Made by a program: the position numbers and the translations under genes. A DNA stretch of 64,000 nt, from assembly GCA_030704615.1 (NCBI GenBank), contig CM060734.1:930001-994000 (forward strand). Reading direction: 5' to 3'. A model generated the notes under the pieces. The model was not told the DNA's origin. It saw nothing but the letters and a program-made list of their open reading frames with translations, and made no database searches. Shown piece by piece: positions 48,388-61,800 of the stretch. Source of the stretch: Takakia lepidozioides (lineage: Eukaryota > Plantae > Bryophyta). Position 1 is the first letter of the stretch; each line of letters opens with the position of its first letter.

Positions 48388-51300
48388 CACATAAAGCGTC
48401 AAAACAAGTGTAGCAGTACAACGCGGATGCACCTGGTGCAAGATAAACACGATCCGGGCAAACGAGTTTTAGGGGGGGCCAGTTATGCACCCTGGAAAAA
48501 TTTCAGATCCTGTGAATCAAAGCTGAAAGGAGAGATCCTGAGAGACAGGAAACTAGAATAGATGTATGCAAGGTGTCCTGAAATGCAACTGCAAACCTAT
48601 GCAAGAGGCAATGTGCGTATGAGAACTATTTCACTGGATGCACAGGAGAATAAGAACCCTATCTCTGTTTTGCAAGAGAATGGACACACTAGGAACAACT
48701 TAGATGCAGATCTCACATGCACTACTCGAGAGGGAGTTTATGGCATGTCGTATAGACACAGAGCACATAACAATGCAATGATCTAAAGCAGGGGATACAA
48801 ACGCATCTAAAACTCGACAACTTCAAAGGGTGAGACCACGAGGCAAGATCATGCAAAGTAGTGAAGCCAAATCTTTATAGACCCCAGACTAGTTTCGCTC
48901 AGCGCGTGAGCTCATCAGTGGGAAAGAAAATGAATGAGATACAAACCCCCCCCCCCCCGCTTATATACTACTAGGAGTGAACTGCCCGTGTGGACAATCT
49001 TCCAGTGGATGTCTCGTGAGGAGAAAAACCATCCAACAAATGTCTCGTACGGAGAGAATAGTCCAAAAAGTCTCGGTGGGAGAAAGTCATCCAGTGGATG
49101 AAAACAGTTCTCGACAAAGAGAGACTAGATCCAAAGAATAAAAATCATCCAAATAGTCAATTGCATATCTCTAAAATACAACTAACTCCGTGAGTTTATG
49201 ACTATGCAACAACCAATTATGCTGAAGTTAGAGCATGTCGTGCAAAGTCGTAAGGGCTGAAACCACTTCGAAAGGAACGCACAACTCGTAAGAGCTTTGC
49301 ACACGCAGACCATCGCGCAACCATCGTCTTGCTAAAGCATGCAGCTGTGTTGTCCTGAACGTGTCCAACCACGATCCCACCTTCCGACCTCCAAGACGAA
49401 ACACGGCTCGGTCTTCGTATTGTTGCCTCATCACATGAATGAGCAGCTTGGTCAAAGAATGAAGATCAACATCTGCCTCCATTACGTGAAGGCGATTAAA
49501 GATGTGTTGCAGCTAACACTTATAGAAAGTTTAGGGTTCACATAAAGCGTCAAAACAAGTGTAGCAGTACAACGCGGATGCACCGGGTGCAAGATAAACA
49601 CGATCCGGGCAAACAAGTTTTAGGGGGGGCCAGTTATGCACCCCTGGAAAAATTTCAGATCCTGTGAATCAAACCTGAAAGGAGAGATCCTGAGAGACAG
49701 GAAACTAGAATAGAAGTATGCGAGGTGTCCTGAAATGCAACTGCAAACCTATGCAAGAGGCAAATGTGCGTATGAGAACTATTTCACTGGATGCACAGGA
49801 GAATAAGAACCCTATCTCTGTTTTGCAAGAGAATGGACACACTAGGAACAACTTAGATGCAGATCTCACATGCACTACTCGAGAGGGAGTTTATGGCATG
49901 TCGTATAGACACAGAGCACATAACAATGCAATGATCTAAAGCAGGGGATACAAACGCATCTAAAACTCGACAACTTCAAAGGTGAGACCACGAGGCAAGA
50001 TCATGCAAAGTAGTGAAGCCAAATCTTTATAGACCCCAGACTAGTTTCGCTCAGCGCGTGAGCTCATCAGTGGGAAAGAAAAGGAATGAGATACAAACCC
50101 CACCCCCCGCTTATATACTACTAGGAGTGAACTGCCTCGTGTGGACAATCTTCCAGTGGATGTCTCGTGAGGAGAAAAACCATCCACAGATGTCTCGTAC
50201 GGAGAGAATAGTCCAAAAAAGTCTCGGTGGGAGAAAGTCATCCAGTGGATGAAAACAAGTTCTCGACAAGAGAGAACTAGATCCAAAGAATAAAAATCAT
50301 CCAAAAGTCAATTGCATATCTCTCAAATACAACTAACTCCGTGAGTTTATGACTATGCAACAACCAATTATGCTGAAGTTAGAGCATGTTGTGCAAAGTC
50401 GTAAGGGCTGAAACCACTTCGAAAGGAACGCACAACTCGTAAGAGCTTTGCACACGCAGACCATCGCGCAACCATCGTCTTGCTAAAGCCTGCAGCTGTG
50501 TTGTCCTGAACGTGTCCAACCACGATCCCCACCTTCCGACCTCCAAGACGAAACACGGCTCGGTCTTCGTATTGTTGCCTCATCACATGAATGAGCAGCT
50601 TGGTCAAAAAATGAAGATCAACATCTGCCTCCATTACGTGAAGGCGATTAAAGATGTGTTGCAGCTAACACTATAAGAAAGTTTAGGGTTCACATAAAGC
50701 GTCAAAACAAGTGTAGCAGTACAACGCGGATGCACCGGGTGCAAGATAAACACGATCCGGGCAAACAAGTTTTGGGGGCCAGTTATGCACCCCTGGAAAA
50801 ATTTCAGATCCTGTGAATCAAACCTGAAAGGAGAGATCCTGAGAGACAGGAAACTAGAATAGAAGTATGCGAGGTGTCCTGAAATGCAACTGCAAACCTA
50901 TGCAAGAGGCAAATGTGCGTATGAGAACTATTTCACTGGATGCACAGGAGAATAAGAACCCTATCTCTGTTTTGCAAGAGAATGGACACACTAGGAACAA
51001 CTTAGATGTAGATCTCACATGCACTACTCGAGAGGGAGTTATGGCATGTCGTATAGACACAGAGCACAAATACAATGCATGATCTAAAGCAGGGGATACA
51101 AACGCATCTAAAACTCGACAACTTCAAAGGGTGAGACCACGAGGCAAGATCATGCAAAGTAGTGAAGCCAAATCTTTATAGACCCCAGACTAGTTTCGCT
51201 CAGCGCGTGAGCTCATCAGTGGGAAAGAAAAGGAATGAGATACAAACCCCCCCCCCCGCTTATATACTACTACTAGGAGTGAACTGCCTCGTGTGGACAA

Positions 51301-51500
51301 TCTTCCAGTGGATGTCTCGTGAGGAGAAAAACCATCCAAGATGTCTCGTACGGAGAGAATAGTCCAAAAAGTCTCGGTGGGAGAAAGTCATCCCAGTGGA
51401 TGAAAACAAGTTCTCGACAAGAGAGAACTAGATCCAAAGAATAAAAATCATCCAAATAGTCAATTGCATATCTCTCAAATACAACTAACTCCGTGAGTTT
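48388..51500 (-). mobile_element. Array 4: ~2.7 units; hammerheads at ~48873-48926, 50025-50078, 51174-51227
   Basis: Same unit; ends at the same GAGTTTA site as array 3. Confidence 0.9.
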
Positions 51501-51638
51501 ATGGTTAGGGTTTTAGGTTAGGGTTTATGGTTTAGGGTTCACATAAAGCTCGAAAACAAGGTTTAGGGTTTAGGGTTTAGGGTTTAGGGGTTAGGGTTAG
51601 GGTTTAGGGGTTAGGGTTAGGGTTTAGGGTTTAGGGTT
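51497..51638 (+). repeat. Telomeric tract containing a ~21-nt abortive unit start (51540-51560)
   Basis: TTTAGGG variants flank CACATAAAGCTCGAAAACAAG. Confidence 0.9.
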
Positions 51639-54600
51639 CACATAAAGCGTCAAAACAAGTGTAGCAGTACAACGCGGATGCACCGGGTGCAAGATAAACA
51701 CGATCCGGGCAAACAAGTTTTAGGGGGGCCAGTTATGCACCCCTGGAAAAATTTCAGATCCTGTGAATCAAACCTGAAAGGAGAGATCCTGAGAGACAGG
51801 AAACTAGAATAGAAATATGCGAGGTGTCCTGAAATGCAACTGCAAACCTATGCAAGAGGCAAATGTGCGTATGAGAACTATTTCACTGGATGGACACAGG
51901 AGAATAAGAACCCTATCTCTGTTTTGCAAGAGAATGGACACACTAGGAACAACTTAGATGCAGATCTCACATGCACTACTCGAAAGGGAGTTTATGGCAT
52001 AGAATAGAAGTATGCGAGGTGTCCTGAAATGCAACTGCAAACTTATGCAAGAGGCAAATGTGCGTATGAGAACTATTTCACTGGATGCACAGGAGAATAA
52101 GAACCCTATCTCTGTTTTGCAAGAGAATGGACACACTAGGAACAACTTAGATGCAGATCTCACATGCACTACTCGAAAGGGAGTTTATGGCATGCCGTAT
52201 AGACACAGAGCACATAACAATGCAATGATCTAAAGCAGGGGATACAAACGCATCTAAAACTCGACAACTTCAAAGGGTGAGACCACGAGGCAAGATCATG
52301 CAAAGTAGTGAAGCCAAATCTTTATAGACCCCAGACTAGTTTCGCTCAGCGCGTGAGCTCATCAGTGGGAAAGAAAAGGAATGAGATACAAACCCCACCC
52401 CCCGCTTATATACTACTAGGAGTGAACTGCCTCGTGTGGACAATCTTCCAGTGGATGTCTCGTGAGGAGAAAAACCATCCAAGAGATGTCTCGTACGGAG
52501 AGAATAGTCCAAAAAGTCTCGGTGGGAGAAAGTCATCCAGTGGATGAAAACAAGTTCTCGACAAGAGAGAACTAGATCCAAAGAATAAAAATCATCCAAA
52601 TAGTCAATTGCATATCTCTCAAATACAACTAACTCCGTGAGTTTATGACTATGCAACAACCAATTATGCTGAAGTTAGAGCATGTTGTGCAAAGTCGTAA
52701 GGGCTGAAACCACTTCGAAAGGAACGCACAACTCGTAAGAGCTTTGCACACGCAGACCATCGCGCAACCATCGTCTTGCTAAAGCCTGCAGCTGTGTTGT
52801 CCTGAACGTGACCAACCACGATCCCCACCTTCCGACCTCCAAGACGAAACACGGCTCGGTCTTCGTATTGTTGCCTCATCACATGAATGAGCAGCTTGGT
52901 CAAAAGAATGAAGATCAACATCTGCCTCCATTACGTGAAGGCGATTAAAGATGTGTTGCAGCTAACACTGTAAGAAAGTTTAGGGTTCACATAAAGCGTC
53001 AAAACAAGTGTAGCAGTACAACGCGGATGCACCGGGTGCAAGATAAACACGATCCGGGCAAACAAGTTTTAGGGGGGCCAGTTATGCACCCCTGGAAAAA
53101 TTTCAGATCCTGTGAATCAAACCTGAAAGGAGAGATCCTGAGAGACAGGAAACTAGAATAGAAATATGCGAGGTGTCCTGAAATGCAACTGCAAACCTAT
53201 GCAAGAGGCAAATGTGCGTATGAGAACTATTTCACTGGATGCACAGGAGAATAAGAACCCTATCTCTGTTTTGCAAGAGAATGGACACACTAGGAACAAC
53301 TTAGATGCAGATCTCACATGCACTACTCGAAAGGGAGTTTATGGCATAGAATAGAAGTATGCGAGGTGTCCTGAAATGCAACTGCAAACTTATGCAAGAG
53401 GCAAATGTGCGTATGAGAACTATTTCACTGGATGCAGGAGAATAAGAACCCTATCTCTGTTTTGCAAGAGAATGGACACACTAGGAACAACTTAGATGCA
53501 GATCTCACATGCACTACTCGAAAGGGAGTTTATGGCATGCCGTATAGACACAGAGCACATAACAATGCAATGATCTAAAGCAGGGGATACAAACGCATCT
53601 AAAACTCGACAACTTCAAAGGGTGAGACCACGAGGCAAGATCATGCAAAGTAGTGAAGCCAAATCTTTATAGACCCCAGACTAGTTTCGCTCAGCGCGTG
53701 AGCTCATCAGTGGGAAAGAAAAGGAATGAGATACAAACCCACCCCCCGCTTATATACTACTAGGAGTGAACTGCCTCGTGTGGACAATCTTCCAGTGGAT
53801 GTCTCGTGAGGAGAAAAACCATCCAAGAGATGTCTCGTACGGAGAGAATAGTCCAAAAAGTCTCGGTGGGAGAAAGTCATCCAGTGGATGAAAACAAGTT
53901 CTCGACAAGAGAGAACTAGATCCAAAGAATAAAAATCATCCAAATAGTCAATTGCATATCTCTCAAATACAACTAACTCCGTGAGTTTATGACTATGCAA
54001 CAACCAATTATGCTGAAGTTAGAGCATGTTGTGCAAAGTCGTAAGGGCTGAAACCACTTCGAAAGGAACGCACAACTCGTAAGAGCTTTGCACACGCAGA
54101 CCATCGCGCAACCATCGTCTTGCTAAAGCCTGCAGCTGTGTTGTCCCGAACGTGACCAACCACGATCCCCACCTTCCGACCTCCAAGACGAAACACGGCT
54201 CGGTCTTCGTATTGTTGCCTCATCACATGAATGAGCAGCTTGGTCAAAAGAATGAAGATCAACATCTGCCTCCATTACGTGAAGGCGATTAAAGATGTGT
54301 TGCAGCTAACACTGTAAGAAAGTTTAGGGTTCACATAAAGCGTCAAAACAAGTGTAGCAGTACAACGCGGATGCACCGGGTGCAAGATAAACACGATCCG
54401 GGCAAACAAGTTTTAGGGGGGCCAGTTATGCACCCCTGGAAAAATTTCAGATCCTGTGAATCAAACCTGAAAGGAGAGATCCTGAGAGACAGGAAACTAG
54501 AATAGAAATATGCGAGGTGTCCTGAAATGCAACTGCAAACCTATGCAGAGGCAAATGTGCGTATGAGAACTATTTCACTGGATGCACAGGAGAATAAGAA

Positions 54601-57600
54601 CCCTATCTCTGTTTTGCAAGAGAATGGACACACTAGGAACAACTTAGATGCAGATCTCACATGCACTACTCGAAAGGGAGTTTATGGCATAGAATAGAAG
54701 TATGCGAGGTGTCCTGAAATGCAACTGCAAACTTATGCAAGAGGCAAATGTGCGTATGAGAACTATTTCACTGGATGCACAGGAGAATAAGAACCCTATC
54801 TCTGTTTTGCAAGAGAATGGACACACTAGGAACAACTTAGATGCAGATCTCACATGCACTACTCGAAAGGGAGTTTATGGCATGCCGTATAGACACAGAG
54901 CACATAACAACAATGCAATGATCTAAAGCAGGGGATACAAACGCATCTAAAACTCGACAACTTCAAAGGGTGAGACCACGAGGCAAGATCATGCAAAGTA
55001 GTGAAGCCAAATCTTTATAGACCCCAGACTAGTTTCGCTCAGCGCGTGAGCTCATCAGTGGGAAAGAAAAGGAATGAGATACAAACCCCACCCCCCGCTT
55101 ATATACTACTAGGAGTGAACTGCCTCGTGTGGACAATCTTCCAGTGGATGTCTCGTGAGGAGAAAAACCATCCAAGAGATGTGTCTCGTACGGAGAGAAT
55201 AGTCCAAAAAGTCTCGGTGGGAGAAAGTCATCCAGTGGATGAAAACAAGTTCTCGACAAGAGAGAACTAGATCCAAAGAATAAAAATCATCCAAATAGTC
55301 AATTGCATATCTCTCAAATACAACTAACTCCGTGAGTTTGACTATGCAACAACCAATTATGCTGAAGTTAGAGCATGTTGTGCAAAGTCGTAAGGGCTGA
55401 AACCACTTCGAAATGAACGCACAACTCGTAAGAGCTTTGCACACGCAGACCATCGCGCAACCACCATCGTCTTGCTAAAGCCTGCAGCTGTGTTGTCCCG
55501 AACGTGACCAACCACGATCCCCACCTTCCGACCTCCAAGACGAAACACGGCTCGGTCTTCGTATTGTTGCCTCATCACATGAATGAGCAGCTTGGTCAAA
55601 AGAATGAAGATCAACATCTGCCTCCATTACGTGAAGGCGATTAAAGATGTGTTGCAGCTAACACTGTAAGAAAGTTTAGGGTTCACATAAAGCGTCAAAA
55701 CAAGTGTAGCAGTACAACGCGGATGCACCGGGTGCAAGATAAAACACGATCCGGGCAAACAAGTTTTAGGGGGCCAGTTATGCACCCCTGGAAAAATTTC
55801 AGATCCTGTGAATCAAACCTGAAAGGAGAGATCCTGAGAGACAGGAAACTAGAATAGAAATATGCGAGGTGTCCTGAAATGCAACTGCAAACCTATGCAA
55901 GAGGCAAATGTGCGTATGAGAACTATTTCACTGGATGCACAGGAGAATAAGAACCCTATCTCTGTTTTGCAAGAGAATGGACACACTAGGAACAACTTAG
56001 ATGCAGATCTCACATGCACTACTCGAAAGGGAGTTTATGGCATAGAATAGAAGTATGCGAGGTGTCCTGAAATGCAACTGCAAACTTATGCAAGAGGCAA
56101 ATGTGCGTATGAGAACTATTTCACTGGATGCACAGGAGAATAAGAACCCTATCTCTGTTTTGCAAGAGAATGGACACACTAGGAACAACTTAGATGCAGA
56201 TCTCACATGCACTACTCGAAAGGGAGTTTATGGCATGCCGTATAGACACAGAGCAACACATAACAATGCAATGATCTAAAGCAGGGGATACAAACGCATC
56301 TAAAACTCGACAACTTCAAAGGGTGAGACCACGAGGCAAGATCATGCAAAGTAGTGAAGCCAAATCTTTATAGACCCCAGACTAGTTTCGCTCAGCGCGT
56401 GAGCTCATCAGTGGGAAAGAAAAGGAATGAGATACAAACCCCACCCCACCCGCTTATATACTACTAGGAGTGAACTGCCTCGTGTGGACAATCTTCCAGT
56501 GGATGTCTCGTGAGGAGAAAAACCATCCAAGAGATGTCTCGTACGGAGAGAATAGTCCAAAAAGTCTCGGTGGGAGAAAGTCATCCAGTGGATGAAAACA
56601 AGTTCTCGACAAGAGAGAACTAGATCCAAAGAATAAAAATCATCCAAATAGTCAATTGCATATCTCTCAAATACAACTAACTCCGTGAGTTTATGACTAT
56701 GCAACAACCAATTATGCTGAAGTTAGAGCATGTTGTGCAAAGTCGTAAGGGCTGAAACCACTTCGAAATGAACGCACAACTCGTAAGAGCTTTGCACACG
56801 CAGACCATCGCGCAACCATCGTCTTGCTAAAGCCTGCAGCTGTGTTGTCCGAACGTGACCAACCACGATCCCCACCTTCCGACCTCCAAGACGAAACACG
56901 GCTCGGTCTTCGTATTGTTGCCTCATCACATGAATGAGCAGCTTGGTCAAAAGAATGAAGATCAACATCTGCCTCCATTACGTGAAGGCGATTAAAGATG
57001 TGTTGCAGCTAACACTGTAAGAAAGTTTAGGGTTCACATAAAGCGTCAAAACAAGTGTAGCAGTACAACGCGGATGCACCGGGTGCAAGATAAACACGAT
57101 CCGGGCAAACAAGTTTTAGGGGGGCCAGTTATGCACCCCTGGAAAAATTTCAGATCCTGTGAATCAAACCTGAAAGGAGAGATCCTGAGAGACAGGAAAC
57201 TAGAATAGAAATATGCGAGGTGTCCTGAAATGCAACTGCAAACCTATGCAAGAGGCAAATGTGCGTATGAGAACTATTTCACTGGATGCACAGGAGAATA
57301 AGAACCCTATCTCTGTTTTGCAAGAGAATGGACACACTAGGAACAACTTAGATGCAGATCTCACATGCACTACTCGAAAGGGAGTTTATGGCATAGAATA
57401 GAAGTATGCGAGGTGTCCTGAAATGCAACTGCAAACTTATGCAAGAGGCAAATGTGCGTATGAGAACTATTTCACTGGATGCACAGGAGAATAAGAACCT
57501 ATCTCTGTTTTGCAAGAGAATGGACACACTAGGAACAACTTAGATGCAGATCTCACATGCACTACTCGAAAGGGAGTTTATGGCATGCCGTATAGACACA

Positions 57601-58333
57601 GAGCACATAACAATGCAATGATCTAAAGCAGGGGATACAAACGCATCTAAAACTCGACAACTTCAAAGGGTGAGACCACGAGGCAAGATCATGCAAAGTA
57701 GTGAAGCCAAATCTTTATAGACCCCAGACTAGTTTCGCTCAGCGCGTGAGCTCATCAGTGGGAAAGAAAAGAATGAGATACAAACCCCACCCCCCGCTTA
57801 TATACTACTAGGAGTGAACTGCCTCGTGTGGACAATCTTCCAGTGGATGTCTCGTGAGGAGAAAAACCATCCAAGAGATGTCTCGTACGGAGAGAATAGT
57901 CCAAAAAGTCTCGGTGGGAGAAAGTCATCCAGTGGATGAAAACAAGTTCTCGACAAGAGAGAACTAGATCCAAAGAATAAAAATCATCCAAATAGTCAAT
58001 TGCATATCTCTCAAATACAACTAACTCCGTGAGTTTATGACTATGCAACAACCAATTATGCTGAAGTTAGAGCATGTTGTGCAAAGTCGTAAGGGCTGAA
58101 ACCACTTCGAAATGAACGCACAACTCGTAAGAGCTTTGCACACGCAGACCATCGCGCAACCATCGTCTTGCTAAAGCCTGCAGCTGTGTTGTCCCGAACG
58201 TGACCAACCACGATCCCCACCTTCCGACCTCCAAGACGAAACACGGCTCGGTCTTCGTATTGTTGCCTCATCACATGAATGAGCAGCTTGGTCAAAAAGA
58301 ATGAAGATCACATCTGCCTCCATTACGTGAAGG
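51639..58333 (-). mobile_element. Array 5: ~5 units of ~1345 bp (two 193-bp sub-repeats each); hammerheads at ~52320-52373, 53665-53718, 55013-55066, 56366-56419, 57713-57766
   Basis: Head-to-tail units running into the assembly gap. Confidence 0.9.
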
Positions 58334-58833
58334 NNNNNNNNNNNNNNNNNNNNNNNNNNNNNNNNNNNNNNNNNNNNNNNNNNNNNNNNNNNNNNNNNNN
58401 NNNNNNNNNNNNNNNNNNNNNNNNNNNNNNNNNNNNNNNNNNNNNNNNNNNNNNNNNNNNNNNNNNNNNNNNNNNNNNNNNNNNNNNNNNNNNNNNNNNN
58501 NNNNNNNNNNNNNNNNNNNNNNNNNNNNNNNNNNNNNNNNNNNNNNNNNNNNNNNNNNNNNNNNNNNNNNNNNNNNNNNNNNNNNNNNNNNNNNNNNNNN
58601 NNNNNNNNNNNNNNNNNNNNNNNNNNNNNNNNNNNNNNNNNNNNNNNNNNNNNNNNNNNNNNNNNNNNNNNNNNNNNNNNNNNNNNNNNNNNNNNNNNNN
58701 NNNNNNNNNNNNNNNNNNNNNNNNNNNNNNNNNNNNNNNNNNNNNNNNNNNNNNNNNNNNNNNNNNNNNNNNNNNNNNNNNNNNNNNNNNNNNNNNNNNN
58801 NNNNNNNNNNNNNNNNNNNNNNNNNNNNNNNNN
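58334..58833. other. Assembly gap (500 N)
   Basis: Run of N. Confidence 1.
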
Positions 58834-61800
58834 CAACATAAACACTTGAGCCTTTGAGAATGAGTTGCAGGTGTTGCAATTCCAAGAGCCCAGCCTGATA
58901 ATGTAGACCAGCCAGCATGCTATGTCTATGTTCCATGAATGCACAAAGGTCTGGATCTGGTTTTCCAAACATCGATCTCCAAAACTCAATCAGAGTGGAG
59001 TGCTACAATGAGCATAATCAGAACTTTATAGACAACGCCAGCTCTTCCAAAAGGCTAGTTTGATAAGTTAAACCAGCCCCTATGTATTTTGAAAAAGCCC
59101 AACAAGACCACTGCTTGGTATTCTTCCAAGTCAAGTACAGCTTGGTACTTTCCAAGTTAACATAGTAAAACTGAACCTGTTTCAAATTCAAAGGATGGTT
59201 CGCAACCTTAAAACAGGTGTTATGTAATCTGAAAAGCCCATCACGCCAGCTGCTTGGTAATCTCCAAGTTAGAACAGTGTAACCAGGGCTGTTTTAAATT
59301 TAGAACTTTGACCTCAATGTTCAAAAAGTATCGCTTGGTACTTACCGTGTTAAATCAGCATAAGAAGGCCTATCTCAAGCATCATCGGATAGCCTTATAA
59401 GGTCTGGAGATGGTACTCCAGCACCATATCAAAATGCACCCGAAGCTCAGACTGGTATCATGCCAGAAAACTGATTTACAATCGGGTTGAAAACCCCACT
59501 AATATGGTGCCAAAGTTCGGACTGGTATCATACCAGAAAACTGACTTATAATCAGGTTACAACCCATAAAAACCAAAAAGGATCAAGGTTGAGAGGCCGA
59601 ATCGTATCAGATGCCCCACTGAAGCAGTATGTAGCGTCAATCGTCACCATCGCCAAGTCCTTTGATCATCTGCAAACTGAAAAAATACACATCCAGTGAA
59701 GACCCTCACCTGTGCCCGTCCCAAAAACCACCACATCAAGATGTGTGTCAGTGAGGATGCACGAGGTGAGTAGCAGGTCTTCACAGTTGCTATCCATGTC
59801 CAACATGCATTCTACAGTGAGCAAATTGATCAAAAGTAAAACATAGATGCGACACCACAAAGAACTTTAATCGTTTGTGGAGTGGGACGCTGCGGCATTC
59901 AACACCTGAATCTCAAGAGATCACAGCAGAATGCAACAAATTGGGATACTTGAGGACAAATTGCATATTTTACAAAGTGCACGATACTTCCCCCATCACC
60001 TTATGAGCGCCGCTGCTTCACGAATAAGAAAGATTGCAGGCAAACACAGCAGTAGGTCATTGCCAGTGCGGGAAATGGAAGAGTCTACCGCCATCGCGCA
60101 AGAAAAAACAAAATGCACGCGCATCGTGATGCTGGAGCACTCAGCTCAGCCGCCATCGCCATCCTCCAGAGAAAACAAGCACGAGTATCGTGCCGTGCTT
60201 AGGGCAGAGAGGCGGTTAGCAAACCATCCCGCGATGTCATCCACTGGGATGAAATTTTGCACTTCATTAGAGTTACATCCTCTTAGGTTTACATCCGTCA
60301 GGGTAACATCCAGGATGGATGTAATCCGTCATGGATGAAAAATTGCAGGCTACATCCTTAGTGGTAAGGCTCGAGACAATAATTCATCCAGTCAGGGATT
60401 ATACCTGGCATATTTTTCATCCGGTATGGATGAAATTCAAAACATATTCCATTAGGGATTAGAAAGAAGGTATTTCCAAACCAGGTAGGCTTAGGAAAAT
60501 AATTGTTAATCCCAAACAGATAATTGGAGAGAGGGAGAGAGGGGGCGCCCACCATCCAACCCCTAGTATGGCAGTCCCTTATGGAGTGAGTGTGGTATGC
60601 ACTCACCCCGTAAGGGAGTGCATACCGGACCCATTCTCATAAGGCTCTCCCTCTACAATGTAGTTCTGTCCTTGGACTTGAATACCAAAAAGATAAAAGG
60701 TCTACATTCTCTCTGCCCTCAGATCACGAGTGAACATTGGCATAGCATAAATCAAACTTGGCAAGAATATGGAGTCATGCGTTTTCCGTCTTACCTCTTA
60801 TCTTGTCAACAAGCTCTTGTAAAGAAGTAGAGACCAAGGAAGAATCTCCGTGCGATGTAGTTTTATCTTTGGTTAAAAAGCTACAGTCTCTGCTTCCCAA
60901 GTCAAGAGAAAATTATATGGACAAAACATTCATATAGCTGGGCACGCAAGAGTTCATAAATTACAGGTGTTCTTCAACCGATGCCAGTAAATTACTGCAC
61001 ATTTTTCCACGACATCAGCCAACTTTATGGTTGGAACCGTTTTTCCAAAGGTATGAATAAGAACTTGTGTTCTTCAGCCAGTGGCAGTAGTCTACTGCCC
61101 GTGATTCACAACATGAACATGTGAATAAAAACATTGGCAGCAATGTGCTGCCCATCTTTTTCACCATATCAGCCAGCTTTATGGTTTTAAAACCAGATTT
61201 CCTTAAGGTACGAAAAAGGACATATCACGTTACACCTGGGCATTTTTTTAGTGGTGCTATAAGGAGCAAACCCACATCCAAGAGAAGTATTAAAGCCCAC
61301 GAGTAGGGAAGGCTTTTCATCACAAGGGATCTGATGCTGACATAAGGCATCAACTACAGGTTACCAGTTAACAGGAGTAATGTGCATTGACCGGATCATG
61401 TAGAAGGAGTACACACATACTCTAACAGGCTGTTTTACCCGGGCCTAGCTCATAATATCAGTATGCAAGAAACCCTTAGATGTCCTTCAAGTAATATCGG
61501 CAATGCCTTTCTCTCGTTGTCCAATCCGCCAACAAATTTTTGTCGGAGAGGATCATCATACCTTATGAGGGATTTTTTGCTCCACACTATTGTTATGGAG
61601 GTATAGGGGGCTGATACCCCATGGCTTTCCATTAAAGGTGTTAGTACATCATAGTAAGAAAACTGGAAAATGGCAGGTGAGAGAGAGAGAGAGAGAGAGA
61701 GAGTGTACAGAAAGCACTGAGTACACTGGTCAAGAATAGAGAGGGAAGATACTATGTCTTGTCGGGACATGGACAAGACCAAACAAGGTCTTTGTCAAAT

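Noticed and set aside
21920-51638. Age gradient in telomere-tract degeneracy
   Set aside because: Not monotonic: the 21920 tract is clean while those at 38134 and 51497 are degenerate. Homopolymer errors are also likely.
22116-58295. Recurrent short ORFs in the units (MRGVLKCNCKP..., MLHSHKLTEL..., MLIFILLTK...)
   Set aside because: They recur only because the DNA is repeated. They are frameshifted between copies, not kept in the diverged family, and carry no motif.
58171-58989. ORFs spanning the N run
   Set aside because: Artefacts of translating N.
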